A program made the translations under genes and the position numbers. A stretch of DNA of 64,000 nucleotides from assembly GCA_030693425.1 (NCBI GenBank), contig JAUYAM010000001.1, positions 10,858 to 74,857 on the forward strand, written 5' to 3'. Below are positions 35,062 through 44,809 of the stretch, in pieces. How positions within the stretch are numbered: the stretch's first letter is position 1; each line of letters starts with the position of its first letter. The notes under the pieces are model-generated. The model saw only the letters and a program-made list of their open reading frames with translations, was not told the origin of the DNA and did no database searches. This DNA is from a bacterium (GTDB taxonomy: Bacteria; Patescibacteriota; Minisyncoccia; Minisyncoccales; GWA2-46-15).

Positions 35062-35856
35062 ATGCCTGCCCATAAATTACCAGACAAAGATTTCTCTTGG
35101 ACACCCAAATTAGCCTATGCGATCGGATTATTAACCACCGACGGCAATTTGAGTGGCGATGGACGAGATATGAGTATGAGGTCTTCGGATATCCAACTAC
35201 TTAAAACCTTCAAACAGTGCCTGGGGTTGAAGAATAAAATAGCTCGATCAAAAAATGACGGTTGGGCAACAAAACCTTCATACAGAGTACAATTTGGCAA
35301 CGTACAATTTTATCAATGGCTTCTAAAAATCGGGCTGTTTCCTGCTAAAACTTATACAATAGGTGAATTAAAAATCCCTGACGAATGTTTTCGGGACTTT
35401 TTAAGAGGACATCTTGATGGAGATGGTTCTGTTTGGACATATAAAGATAGGTGGAATACTTTTAAAAACGCTAAATACGTCTATACTCGTTTATGGGTGA
35501 GATTCATCTCTGCAAGCAAAAACCATATTCAATGGCTAAAAGAAAACATCAGTAAATTGACCAAACTAAATGGTCATGTCTGGGAAAGAAAACCGTCCCG
35601 ATCATATCAAACTACGAGTATATGGGAAATAAAATTTGCCAAGAAAGAATCGATAAAACTACTCCAATGGCTTTATTACAAAAAAAATCTTCCTTGCCTT
35701 GAAAGGAAAAGAAAAATAGCTCTTCGGGCGATGGCAATAATTTCTAAAGAAAAAAGGCGTAAATATACGAAACAAGGACTTAATAATCTCAAGATTCCCG
35801 TGGGTCAAGTCAATAACCAGAAAAATTATCTTTGCCCTCGACTCAAAATCGTGTGA
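35062..35856 (+). CDS. Free-standing LAGLIDADG homing endonuclease
   Basis: LAYAIGLLTTDGNL and FLRGHLDGDGSV. The start was moved to ATG 35062 (MPAHKLPDKDF), because the longer ORF reads through the tRNA. Confidence 0.85.
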   Translation: MPAHKLPDKDFSWTPKLAYAIGLLTTDGNLSGDGRDMSMRSSDIQLLKTFKQCLGLKNKIARSKNDGWATKPSYRVQFGNVQFYQWLLKIGLFPAKTYTIGELKIPDECFRDFLRGHLDGDGSVWTYKDRWNTFKNAKYVYTRLWVRFISASKNHIQWLKENISKLTKLNGHVWERKPSRSYQTTSIWEIKFAKKESIKLLQWLYYKKNLPCLERKRKIALRAMAIISKEKRRKYTKQGLNNLKIPVGQVNNQKNYLCPRLKIV

Positions 35857-36006
35857 GGTAACCCCTCGTGTGGGCCTGCCCCGTATAATCGCCATCATGA
35901 CGCGAAGCTGTAAGCTTTGGGAATGAAAAGATTTATACGGGGTTCGGGGAGTCATCCGACTCCCCGCCCAGTCGAATGACTGGGCGACTCCCTCTCCCGG
36001 CACCAT
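35857..36006 (+). ncRNA. Unassigned GC-rich structured region (candidate RNA element)
   Basis: 10-bp stem CCCCGTATAA (35879-35888) / TTATACGGGG (35933-35942) enclosing AAGCT-GTA-AGCTT. Then two adjacent perfect 8-bp hairpins: GGGGAGTC-ATCC-GACTCCCC (35946-35965) and GCCCAGTC-GAAT-GACTGGGC (35966-35985). The tail is ...CCCGGCACCA. No family recognised. Confidence 0.3.
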
Positions 36007-36008
36007 TA

Positions 36009-36036
36009 CAAAAAAGCTACGACCGTAGCTTTTTTG
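36009..36036. terminator. Bidirectional intrinsic terminator
   Basis: AAAAAAGCTAC-GACC-GTAGCTTTTTT, located between the homing endonuclease/RNA unit (+) and folD (-). Confidence 0.7.
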
Positions 36037-36080
36037 TATTAGATTGAAATCTGATATTTTTCTCTCTTTGACGGAGAATT

Positions 36081-36920
36081 CTAATTCCGTTGAATTTGGC
36101 TAATTTTAACTAAGTTTTCTAGAAGACAGGCGACGGCCAAAGGCCCGACGCCTCCGGGAACCGGCGAAATAAAGCCGGCTTTTTTGGAAACGCTTTTAAA
36201 ATCAACGTCGCCGCAGGTTCTCCCGCTTTCAACGCTCGTGCCGCAGTCAACGACCGTAGCTCCCCTTTTTACCATCGAACCCTTGATCAGGCGCGGACTG
36301 CCGGCGCCGGAAATGATAATATCTGCTTTTTTGAGCTTACCGGCAATATTCTTTGTCTTTCTGTCGCAAACAACTACCTTCGCTCCTTGTTGTTTTAGCC
36401 AGATACTTACCGGCAGTCCAACTAAGCGGCCTTGGCCGACAACAACCGCGTTTTTCCCTTTAGCCCTGATTTTGTATTCTTTGAAGAATTTGGCAATAGC
36501 GGCAACCACCGGCGGCAAAACCTGATTACTCCCTTTGCTGAATTTCTCAAGACGCTTTTCACCCAAGCAATCTGGATCTTTTGCCGGCGGTATCAAATTC
36601 AAAAATGATTGGGTAGTAGCACGGTCAAACGGCAAAGGCAATTGGATAACCACTCCTGAATTAGCCCGGTCGCGGACAATCTTCTCAATTTCTTTTTTAA
36701 ACTCTGCCTTGCTGATATTTCCAGGAAAACCGAGAGCTTGAAAACCGATGCCTGCCTTTTCGCAGGCCTCTCTTTTTTTCCTTAGATAAGTTTTGCCTAC
36801 TTTGTCTTCGCCGACAAAAACAACCGCTAATTTTAATTTCAATTTGCGGTTTTTAATTTCTTGGGCGACTGCCAGCAAAATCCTTTCGCTCAACTTTTTC
36901 CCGTCAAGAATTCTTGCCAT
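36081..36920 (-). CDS. folD: Methylene-THF dehydrogenase/methenyl-THF cyclohydrolase
   Basis: ILDGKKLSERI start and PGGVGPLAVACLLEN end, typical of FolD. Confidence 0.95.
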   Translation of the reverse strand: MARILDGKKLSERILLAVAQEIKNRKLKLKLAVVFVGEDKVGKTYLRKKREACEKAGIGFQALGFPGNISKAEFKKEIEKIVRDRANSGVVIQLPLPFDRATTQSFLNLIPPAKDPDCLGEKRLEKFSKGSNQVLPPVVAAIAKFFKEYKIRAKGKNAVVVGQGRLVGLPVSIWLKQQGAKVVVCDRKTKNIAGKLKKADIIISGAGSPRLIKGSMVKRGATVVDCGTSVESGRTCGDVDFKSVSKKAGFISPVPGGVGPLAVACLLENLVKISQIQRN

Positions 36921-38261
36921 TTAAATGCTTTTAACCAGAAACTTGTGGCAAAGCTTTTTCACCCCGGCTTTTAAATTCAGCAAGTGTTTGTCTTCGAAAA
37001 TAGCTTTTTTGAAGTTTTTTCTAGCCTGCTGGTCTTTTCCTTTATTCTTGCTGCCGATGTCTTCCAGATTAATCCTTTGCAGGTGCTCAACAATATTATT
37101 CAACCAGCCGGCAATCAAGGCCATTTCTTTTTCTTTCATGCCTCTCGTAGTTAAAGCTGGAGTTCCCAGCCGCAAGCCAGAAGGATAATAAGGAGGTCTT
37201 TTGTCAAAAGGAATAGTTTGACGATTGCAAATAATGCCGGCTGCCTCACAAGCCCAGGCAACTGTCCAGCCGTCAAGCCCTTTATTTGTCAGGTCAATCC
37301 AGACCATGTGGTTCTGGCTGCCGCCGCCAATTAGAACAAAGCCGAATTTCGTCAATTCCCCGGCTAAAATGCCGCTGTTTTTAACAATCTGTCGGGCATA
37401 ATTCCGAAACTGAGGAGCGGCCGCTTCTTTGAGAGCGACTGCCAGGGCGGCGATGTTGTTGTTATGCGGCCCGCCCTGGAGGCCGGGGAAAACCGCCTGA
37501 TCAATTTTGGCTAAAAGGCCTGAGTCTTTCTTTAATCCCCTTTTTGTCACCATAACCATCGCCCCTCTCGGCCCGCGAAGAGTTTTATGAGTGGTCGTCA
37601 TGATAACGTCAGCCCAGTTTTTCGGCGAGGGATGAGCGTTGCTGGCAATAAGACCGGCGATATGAGAAATGTCGGCGACAAAATAGGCGCCGATATCATC
37701 TGCGATTTTGGCAAACTTGGCAAAATTGAAAATCTTGGTAAAAGCAGTGCCGCCGCAGAAAATGATTTTCGGCCGATGCTTTTTCGCCTGAGCTTCCAGC
37801 TCCAACCAGTTGATGTCTCCTTTCTTGGTTAGGCCGTAATAATGGGCTTGGTAATACTTTGAGGTCACTGAAGCGCTCTGGCCCATAGATAAATGCCCAC
37901 CCATGGATAGATGCTGGGATAAAATTTTATCCCCGGGCTCACAAATCGCTCCCAAAATCGCTAGATTGCCTTCGCAGCCAGAATGAGGTTGGACGTTAAC
38001 ATAAGGTACTCCAAAAAGTTTTTTCGCCCGTTCAATCGCGATTTTTTCGACCTCGTCAACAAACTGGTTTCCCTGATAATACCTTTTGCCCGGATAACCC
38101 TCGCTGTATTTGTCTGTCAGAACCGAACCCAGAGCTTTACGCACAGCCTTGGAAGTATAATTTTCCGAAGGAATCATTATCAACGACTCCTGTTGTCGTT
38201 TTTCCTCGGCCAGAATCAAATTAGAAATTTCTGGATCGGTTTTGCTGAGTTTGTTTGTCAT
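36921..38261 (-). CDS. glyA: Serine hydroxymethyltransferase
   Basis: IPSENYTSKAV and TTTHKTLRGPRG (PLP lysine). Confidence 0.95.
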   Translation of the reverse strand: MTNKLSKTDPEISNLILAEEKRQQESLIMIPSENYTSKAVRKALGSVLTDKYSEGYPGKRYYQGNQFVDEVEKIAIERAKKLFGVPYVNVQPHSGCEGNLAILGAICEPGDKILSQHLSMGGHLSMGQSASVTSKYYQAHYYGLTKKGDINWLELEAQAKKHRPKIIFCGGTAFTKIFNFAKFAKIADDIGAYFVADISHIAGLIASNAHPSPKNWADVIMTTTHKTLRGPRGAMVMVTKRGLKKDSGLLAKIDQAVFPGLQGGPHNNNIAALAVALKEAAAPQFRNYARQIVKNSGILAGELTKFGFVLIGGGSQNHMVWIDLTNKGLDGWTVAWACEAAGIICNRQTIPFDKRPPYYPSGLRLGTPALTTRGMKEKEMALIAGWLNNIVEHLQRINLEDIGSKNKGKDQQARKNFKKAIFEDKHLLNLKAGVKKLCHKFLVKSI

Positions 38262-38275
38262 ATTTTAATTATACC

Positions 38276-39391
38276 TTAAAAATTTAAGTTCGGCTGACGA
38301 TCCAGAGAATCGATATCTTTGGCGAAATCTCCTCGCTTTGCCTGGAAGAAAGCGCAGACTCCGATCATGGCGGCGTTGTCGGTGAAGAGATTCTTGTGAT
38401 ACGGCTGGAAAACCTTTAAGCCGTATTCCCCTGCCGCTTTCCTCGCCGCTTTTCTTAAGGGCAAATTATTGATCACTCCCCCGCCCAAGACAACCTGTTT
38501 TGGCCGGTATTGTTCAATCGCCTTTTCTAATTTTATTATCAGGGCCTCAACCACCGTTTTTTCAAAGGAAACGGCAAAATCGCAGTAGAATTGTTTACCC
38601 GCCGTAGCCCTCGGGGCGAAGGCGGGCCTGTCCCCCGTTAATCCCAGCTTCTGCAATTTATACAGGCAAGCGGTTTTTAATCCGGAAAAACTGAAATTCA
38701 AGTCGCCCGAACCCGCCATGGGCACGGGTAAATCATAGATCGGCCTGCCGGTTTTGGCTAACTCAGAAATAATCGGCCCGCCAGGATATCCCAACCCCAG
38801 CATTTTCGCCACCTTATCAAAGGCCTCACCAGCCGCGTCATCTAAGGTTTCTCCTAAAAGCCGGTATTTGCCAAAACCTTTCATCAAAACCAACTGAGTG
38901 TGGCCGCCGGAAACCAAAAGGCCTAAAATGGGAAATTTCGGCCTCACGATAGAAAGCAATCTTTTACGTTTTAAGTTTTTGGCCTGCCCGCCTGAATTTT
39001 TCCTTGAAAAATTTGGGAGGGCGAAAGAAGAAAGCAAATGCCCTTCCATGTGGTTGACGGCGATTATCGACTTTCTATATTGTTTGGCCAACTCCTTTAT
39101 CTTGGCAATTCCCACTTCCAAAGCTGGCGCTAACCCCGGACCAACCGTCACTGCCAAGGCGTCAATTTCAAGCCATCGGAGACCCGCTCTCCGTAAAGCT
39201 TCGTTGATAGTTGGTTCAATGAATTCCTGGTGTTTTCTTTTAGCCAAAGAGGGGTAAACCCCGCCGTAGGGTTTATGAAACTCTACTTGCGAGGCAATGA
39301 CATTAGACAAAACGCGATCGTTTGAAGTGACGGCAACGCAAGTATCGTCGCAACTGGTATCAATAGCTAAAATGGTAAAACTCTTTTTCAC
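38276..39391 (-). CDS. tsaD: tRNA t6A37 threonylcarbamoyltransferase TsaD
   Basis: ILAIDTSCDDTCVAV, NHMEGHLL and LVSGGHTQL. Carries two lineage-specific insertions. Confidence 0.9.
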   Translation of the reverse strand: MKKSFTILAIDTSCDDTCVAVTSNDRVLSNVIASQVEFHKPYGGVYPSLAKRKHQEFIEPTINEALRRAGLRWLEIDALAVTVGPGLAPALEVGIAKIKELAKQYRKSIIAVNHMEGHLLSSFALPNFSRKNSGGQAKNLKRKRLLSIVRPKFPILGLLVSGGHTQLVLMKGFGKYRLLGETLDDAAGEAFDKVAKMLGLGYPGGPIISELAKTGRPIYDLPVPMAGSGDLNFSFSGLKTACLYKLQKLGLTGDRPAFAPRATAGKQFYCDFAVSFEKTVVEALIIKLEKAIEQYRPKQVVLGGGVINNLPLRKAARKAAGEYGLKVFQPYHKNLFTDNAAMIGVCAFFQAKRGDFAKDIDSLDRQPNLNF

Positions 39392-39403
39392 GACACAAAA
39401 TGG

Positions 39404-40492
39404 TTAATCTTTAAATAATGGAATAATAAATGAGTCTATTTGTTCTTTGGAAAGATTGGTTAAATCGTCTCCTAAAAACTTAAGTCCTCGGGCTTTTTTA
39501 ATCAGTTTCAAAAGCTCATAAACTTGTTTTCTCGTAAAGCCTGTCGATTTCTCGCAGACAAAAACATCAGGGTCAAGATTCCAAAAAACTCGAGTCGAAA
39601 ATCTATATTCAAGATTAACTTCCAATTGGCTAAGCTGCCGCGAATGCAACCAATGATTGATAAAAGGAACATTTCTAAGCTGGGGAAAGATAATGTCAGC
39701 GCTTATTCTCATCGCATCAACCTTGCCGACAGCCGGTTTCAACGGGCAACCGCAAGCAATAGTATAAACCTGCGGATAAAGGTTTTTAATATTGGCTAGG
39801 AATTCTCCGAACAAACTGTCTGGTATTCGGGAACCATCGTATTCCGGGTTAAAATGCTGAGCATAAAGAAAATCCAGTTTTAACATCTCGAAACCCCAGT
39901 CATTGATCAAAACTTCAAATACTCTTTCCAGATATCTTTTGGCTTCTGGGTTTCTAATATCAAGAATAAACCTTTCAAAGAAGGGAGTGCCAAACTTGAA
40001 AACTTTCCTGCCGTCAACTAGCCGACCACGCCTATCTCTAACCAGGTAATTAGAATGCTCTTTGATCAAAAGCGATCTTGGATCAACAAGAAAGGGAGCA
40101 ATCCACAGGCCAGGTTTTAAGCCGAGGTTTTTAATTTCTTGGGCAACGAATTTCATTCCTCGGGGAAATTTGATTTTGTCTGACGAAAGCCAATCGCCCC
40201 ATTGAGCCCAGCCATCGTCAACCAAAACGTATTCCAGGGGAGCAACTTTCCGGTTTTCGGCAATCCATTTTGCCTGGGAAACAATTTTCTCCTCGTCAAT
40301 GTCAACGCCGAAAGCATACCAGGAACACCATCCGGTGGCCAGAGGCTTCAGGGAACCCCCCTTGGAAGAATCAACCGAGACCTCTTTTTCTCCGAACGGG
40401 GAATACCTGTTAACGGGTATTCTAATCCGGGGCAATTTACCGCAACTGCTCCACGATTGCCAACCATTTAATCTAATATTGTCTTTAATCAT
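39404..40492 (-). CDS. Alpha-galactosidase-like glycoside hydrolase (GH36/GH27-type TIM barrel)
   Basis: GWCSWYAF, VLVDDGWAQWGDW and LKLDFLY blocks. Confidence 0.6.
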   Translation of the reverse strand: MIKDNIRLNGWQSWSSCGKLPRIRIPVNRYSPFGEKEVSVDSSKGGSLKPLATGWCSWYAFGVDIDEEKIVSQAKWIAENRKVAPLEYVLVDDGWAQWGDWLSSDKIKFPRGMKFVAQEIKNLGLKPGLWIAPFLVDPRSLLIKEHSNYLVRDRRGRLVDGRKVFKFGTPFFERFILDIRNPEAKRYLERVFEVLINDWGFEMLKLDFLYAQHFNPEYDGSRIPDSLFGEFLANIKNLYPQVYTIACGCPLKPAVGKVDAMRISADIIFPQLRNVPFINHWLHSRQLSQLEVNLEYRFSTRVFWNLDPDVFVCEKSTGFTRKQVYELLKLIKKARGLKFLGDDLTNLSKEQIDSFIIPLFKD

Positions 40493-41567
40493 TATAAAGA
40501 ATTTTTCTCGTATCTTCAGAAATCATTTTAATGTCTACCAATATTAATTTAATCCTTTTGTCTCGTTCAACCTTTCTTAAAATCGGCTTGATTTTCTGCA
40601 GCCACTCAATCGCTATCACGTTCCCTGGTTTTAGCATTTTTTCCAAGCCCAAGTCTAATAGTTCTTCACCTCTTTCCAAACGCCAGGTATCAATATGGAA
40701 AAATTGTGGGAGGTCCGACCTCCCACTTTTTATGGGGTATTCACGGATGATGGTAAAGGTTGGGGAAACAATATTGTCTTTGATTTTTAAGGCCTGGCCA
40801 AGACCTTTGGCAAATTGGGTTTTGCCCGAGCCCAACTCTCCCTGAAGGGCGAAAATAATCGGCTTTTTCTTTAATAGATTCTTGTACCTCTCAAAAATCG
40901 TTCTGGCAATCTTTTTAGTTTCTTCTTCAGAGCCTGATATAAAAGTATTCCTCGCTGTCGCCTTAAACTTTATTTCCCCTTGGCGTAAAACTTTAAGCTC
41001 GTTTAAAGTCGTATCAACCACGGTTGAGGGTGGATTATAGGGCAGGCGGCCCGCATCCAAAAACAAATCTGCCAAACCAAGGCGCTTTTTAGTGGTGTAT
41101 TTTAAAACGTCGGCCAGACAATAAGGCGTTTTCTTTCCCGAGGTATTGGCTGAAGTGGAAGTTATCGGTCTGCCAAATTCTTTGATAATTTCCAAAGCCA
41201 AGGGATAATCGGGAATCCTGACGCCCAGAGTGCCGCGCCCTGCTTCCAAAATTCTGGCGGCTTTGCCCCGGCTCTTTGAAACCACGGTCAGGGGACCGGG
41301 CAAAAACTGCCGATAAAGGTTTTCTGCCGTGTCGTTAATCTCCACATACATTTGTGCCATTTTTCTGTCGGCAACGGCAACAGAAATCGGCTTTCCTCCC
41401 CGGCTGCCCTTGAATTCTAGAATCTTTTTAACCGCTTCTATATTAGTCGCGTCAGCGGCGATGCCATAACAGGTTTCTGTCGGATAGATAACTAAACCGC
41501 CGTTTTTTAAAACGGCAATGGCTTTTTTAATCGCTATCTTTTTGTTTTTGAGTTTAATAATCTTCAC
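40485..41567 (-). CDS. TsaC/Sua5 (YrdC domain) fused to TsaE (P-loop)
   Basis: N-terminal half: GGLVIYPTETCYGIAADA, KGSRGGKPISV, TSTSANTSG. C-terminal half: GELGSGKTQFAKGL, SPTFTIIREY, HIDTWRL, VIAIEW. Confidence 0.8.
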   Translation of the reverse strand: MKIIKLKNKKIAIKKAIAVLKNGGLVIYPTETCYGIAADATNIEAVKKILEFKGSRGGKPISVAVADRKMAQMYVEINDTAENLYRQFLPGPLTVVSKSRGKAARILEAGRGTLGVRIPDYPLALEIIKEFGRPITSTSANTSGKKTPYCLADVLKYTTKKRLGLADLFLDAGRLPYNPPSTVVDTTLNELKVLRQGEIKFKATARNTFISGSEEETKKIARTIFERYKNLLKKKPIIFALQGELGSGKTQFAKGLGQALKIKDNIVSPTFTIIREYPIKSGRSDLPQFFHIDTWRLERGEELLDLGLEKMLKPGNVIAIEWLQKIKPILRKVERDKRIKLILVDIKMISEDTRKILYND

Positions 41568-41571
41568 AAAA

Positions 41572-42864
41572 CTATGTTTTTTTGGATTTTAAAATCTGTG
41601 TCTGAAATTTGGTAATCACTTTGCTGTTATCGGGCACATTTTTAAAAACAATCGTTCCCGGTCCAATGATGCAGTCAGATCCTATAAAAACTCCTGGCAT
41701 TGTGCTTGAATGAAGGCCAAAGTAAGAATTCCTGCCGACGATCACTCCTAAGCGCGGCGAACCGGTATCGATTTTCCGGTTTTTTACAGTAATCAAAATA
41801 TTCTTTTCGTCCAATCTAAAGTTGGCGGTAATTACGCCTGAGCCGAAATGACAGTTCGACCCGATGATCGAATCGCCAAAATAGCCGGAGTGGGTTGAAC
41901 CAAAAAAGCCGGAACGAGTCGGGCTGCCCTCCTGAAAAACAGATCTAGTCACCTCGGCAGAAGCGCCTATAACAACATTATTTTCCAAGTTAACGTTTTC
42001 TCTAACCAGAGAGTGGCTGCCGATTAGGCAGTTATCGCCGATATAGCAAGGGCCCTTGATGACAGCGTTCTCAAAGACGGTGGTGTTTTCGCCGATAAAA
42101 ACCTGGCCCTCGATAATGGCTTTAGGGGAAATTTTAGTCGTCTTGGATATTTTCGGAACTAAAAACCGTGAAAGCAAAAAACGTTCTATTGCAAAAAGCT
42201 GATGGGGGTATTTTAAAAACGACGGCCCTTCCTCTTCTTTGCCCTTGACTACCAAAACCTCCGTTTCAACCTTCCTGGCATACGCAGAAAGGGCTTTTTC
42301 AAAATCGTACTGTTCCTTGGGTACTTTTTCATAAGTCAGAAAAAATTCGGGCGTCAAAAGATCAATGACAACGGTCTTGATATTGGAAGGTTCTCGCCCG
42401 GGTTTAGGTTTTTCAACGATTCCAAGAACTCTCTTACCTTCCAATTTTAACATTCCGAACAATTGCGGGGTTTTTGTTTTCTGCCCCACAATAATCGCCT
42501 TCGGGGCCCCTTTTTGGTAACGCCTGATAAGGTCTTTAATTATGCTTTGGCAGTTAACAATCTCGGCGTTCAAAACAATAAACGGCCCTTTTAAAATGGG
42601 CTTTGCCTGCCAGAGGGCATCCCCCATTCCTTTTGGCTCCGGCTGAACAACATAGTCTATTTCATAAGAATAATTCTTCAATTCTTTTTCAATGTCTCTT
42701 TCGGGTCTTTGGACAATCACGATTTCTTTGATCCCCGCCTTTTTTAATTCGTCGAGCAAATAGCAAATCAAAGGCCGGCCCATGATTTTCAGCAAAGACT
42801 TGTGTTGGTAATTCAACGGCCAAAATCTTGAAGATTCTCCGGCTGCTAAAATTACTGCTTGCAT
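41572..42864 (-). CDS. Sugar-1-phosphate nucleotidyltransferase with C-terminal left-handed beta-helix (GlmU-like architecture)
   Basis: [18 protein letters not shown]-transferase signature, plus hexapeptide repeats in the C-terminal third. Confidence 0.75.
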   Translation of the reverse strand: MQAVILAAGESSRFWPLNYQHKSLLKIMGRPLICYLLDELKKAGIKEIVIVQRPERDIEKELKNYSYEIDYVVQPEPKGMGDALWQAKPILKGPFIVLNAEIVNCQSIIKDLIRRYQKGAPKAIIVGQKTKTPQLFGMLKLEGKRVLGIVEKPKPGREPSNIKTVVIDLLTPEFFLTYEKVPKEQYDFEKALSAYARKVETEVLVVKGKEEEGPSFLKYPHQLFAIERFLLSRFLVPKISKTTKISPKAIIEGQVFIGENTTVFENAVIKGPCYIGDNCLIGSHSLVRENVNLENNVVIGASAEVTRSVFQEGSPTRSGFFGSTHSGYFGDSIIGSNCHFGSGVITANFRLDEKNILITVKNRKIDTGSPRLGVIVGRNSYFGLHSSTMPGVFIGSDCIIGPGTIVFKNVPDNSKVITKFQTQILKSKKT

Positions 42865-42868
42865 GGTT

Positions 42869-43732
42869 TTAGAACTTACAGCTGCGACGCAATATTTTAT
42901 TTATTTGACCGAAAGCCTTCGGATTCGCGATAACAATGCCTATATTTAAATGTTTTTTAGACCCGCCTTTTCCCGAAAGCTGAGCCAAAGACCCGCTCGT
43001 TATTAGGTTTCCATCAAGGTCACAGGCTCTGGCGCCGGCCTCTTCAGCGATCAACATGGCCGCCTCAATATCATAAAGCTTTGTCGTCCCGGATAGTCCT
43101 AGGTAGGCGGAGGCAGCGCCCTCGGCGACCCAGCAAGGGCTCAAACTGCCAAGGCCAATGTTGCGTGAACGAAAGCTGTTCTTCATTATCGCTTCTGAGA
43201 TTCTAAGGCACTTACGGAATTCGCCGGCATCGTCGCGGAAAAGTTTGGACGTCGGATCTTCGCGCATAACAAAGCTCGTTTCTATCCCCTCGTGGCTTAC
43301 TTTTATTCTCTTTCCGTTCAAAAAAGCACCACGGTTTTTGTACGCCCAATAGAATTTTCCTGAGAAGGGATTAATAACTAAGCCGAAAACCACTTCTCCC
43401 TTGTACGTCACGGATATAGCGCTCGCTACCAAATCAATACCGCAAAGGACGTGTTTTGAACCGTCAACCGGGTCTATCCTGACAATAATTTCTCCCTTGC
43501 CAGAACAATCCTCGCTCTCCTCAGAATCAATTCTGACACTATCAAACTCCTTTAATATCTTTCTTGCCCAGTAAGAGCCGATCTGATGATCGAGAGAAAT
43601 TGTCCTGTCCTGATATTTATGTCTATAAACTTTCTTTATGTTCCGGCAACTGTTCTTTATTTTCCGAGACACTTCCGGAGCTAGCTTAAGTATGAACTTT
43701 GATAATTTCTCAATTTTCTCCATGCCAAACAT
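42869..43732 (-). CDS. Inositol monophosphatase-family phosphatase
   Basis: [10 protein letters not shown] and [14 protein letters not shown] motifs. Confidence 0.75.
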   Translation of the reverse strand: MFGMEKIEKLSKFILKLAPEVSRKIKNSCRNIKKVYRHKYQDRTISLDHQIGSYWARKILKEFDSVRIDSEESEDCSGKGEIIVRIDPVDGSKHVLCGIDLVASAISVTYKGEVVFGLVINPFSGKFYWAYKNRGAFLNGKRIKVSHEGIETSFVMREDPTSKLFRDDAGEFRKCLRISEAIMKNSFRSRNIGLGSLSPCWVAEGAASAYLGLSGTTKLYDIEAAMLIAEEAGARACDLDGNLITSGSLAQLSGKGGSKKHLNIGIVIANPKAFGQINKILRRSCKF

Positions 43733-43735
43733 TCT

Positions 43736-44734
43736 TTATAAAAGATTGATAATAGCTTTAGCTAACTTATGGGAATCGTGACGGATCAGGCTGCGCCATA
43801 AAACATCCTCAGCCACTCTTGATATTACTTGTCGCCCCAGAAAATCTTTTCTGATAACTTTAGGTTGTGAATCTTTAAGGTCGTCAACGACAGGAAAAGC
43901 CCGCTCCGCTTGATACTTTTTTAAAATCCCAGGCGGCATTGGCTTTGAGTTAATCAATACAAAATCCAAAGAGTTTTTTCCCAGATATTTTTCTAAAGCA
44001 AAAATATGGTCTTTGGCGGAAAGACCATATGTCTGACCGCATTTTGTCATTAGATTCATCACAAATACTTTCTTGGTCCGAGACTTCCTAATGGCGTCAG
44101 TGATCCCTTTCACCAAGAGATTAGAAATTATGCTGGTATAAAGATCGCCCGGCCCAATCACGATTAAATCAGCTTTCTTGATTGCTCTGATAGCCGGCAA
44201 ATAGGCTTTGGCTGTGGGCGACAAGAACGCTTTTTTGATTTTTATCTTGCCGTTGTGCCTTGGCTCGTCGATATAGTGTTCGCCCGCCACTTTTCGGCCA
44301 TTCTCGTAAACAGCAACTAGTTGCGAATCAGTCAAGGTAACCGGCAGAATCTCGCCTTTAATCTTTAAGATATTCTGTGTCTGGATAATAGCTTTCTCTT
44401 GGGAGCCGAGAATATCGGCCAGGGCTGCCATAAATAAATTGCCAAAAGTCATGCCTTTCGTGCCCTTGCCCCGGCAAAAGCGGTACATAAACAATTTTCG
44501 TAGCAACGCCTCCGAACCATTATTATTTGCAGCCAAAGCCACTAGACACTGCCTGATATCGCTGGTTGGCAGCAAGCCAAACTCGTCGCGCAAGATCCGA
44601 TTACTACCTCCGCTGTCTGACATAGAAACTACGGCCGAAAGCTTAACCGGATATTTTTTGAGCCCAAACAAGACAACATAAGTGCCGGTGCCGCCACCAA
44701 TGACCACAATTTTCTTTTCTCTTATTTTTGACAT
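43736..44734 (-). CDS. YvcK/CofD-family protein (gluconeogenesis factor-like)
   Basis: KIVVIGGGTGTYVVLFGLK and VSMSDSGGS. The start was moved to ATG 44734. Confidence 0.85.
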   Translation of the reverse strand: MSKIREKKIVVIGGGTGTYVVLFGLKKYPVKLSAVVSMSDSGGSNRILRDEFGLLPTSDIRQCLVALAANNNGSEALLRKLFMYRFCRGKGTKGMTFGNLFMAALADILGSQEKAIIQTQNILKIKGEILPVTLTDSQLVAVYENGRKVAGEHYIDEPRHNGKIKIKKAFLSPTAKAYLPAIRAIKKADLIVIGPGDLYTSIISNLLVKGITDAIRKSRTKKVFVMNLMTKCGQTYGLSAKDHIFALEKYLGKNSLDFVLINSKPMPPGILKKYQAERAFPVVDDLKDSQPKVIRKDFLGRQVISRVAEDVLWRSLIRHDSHKLAKAIINLL

Positions 44735-44809
44735 CGTTAATGTTAACTCCCGAGAGAGTATTGGACACTTTGTCAAATATATCATAAACTGAATTTGAAA
44801 CAAGGTAAA

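Noticed and set aside
34973-35856. A group I intron in tRNA-Leu, by analogy with the classic cyanobacterial/plastid case.
   Set aside because: The tRNA cloverleaf is continuous and complete, with an intact anticodon loop CTCAAAA. The endonuclease lies downstream of the 3' end, not inside the tRNA.
35925-36006. A second tRNA or tmRNA 3' end, suggested by the terminal GGCACCA.
   Set aside because: There is no complementary 5' acceptor strand. The hairpins have 4-nt loops and 8-bp stems, so they are not D, anticodon or T arms. No TTCGA-type T-loop sits in a 5-bp stem.
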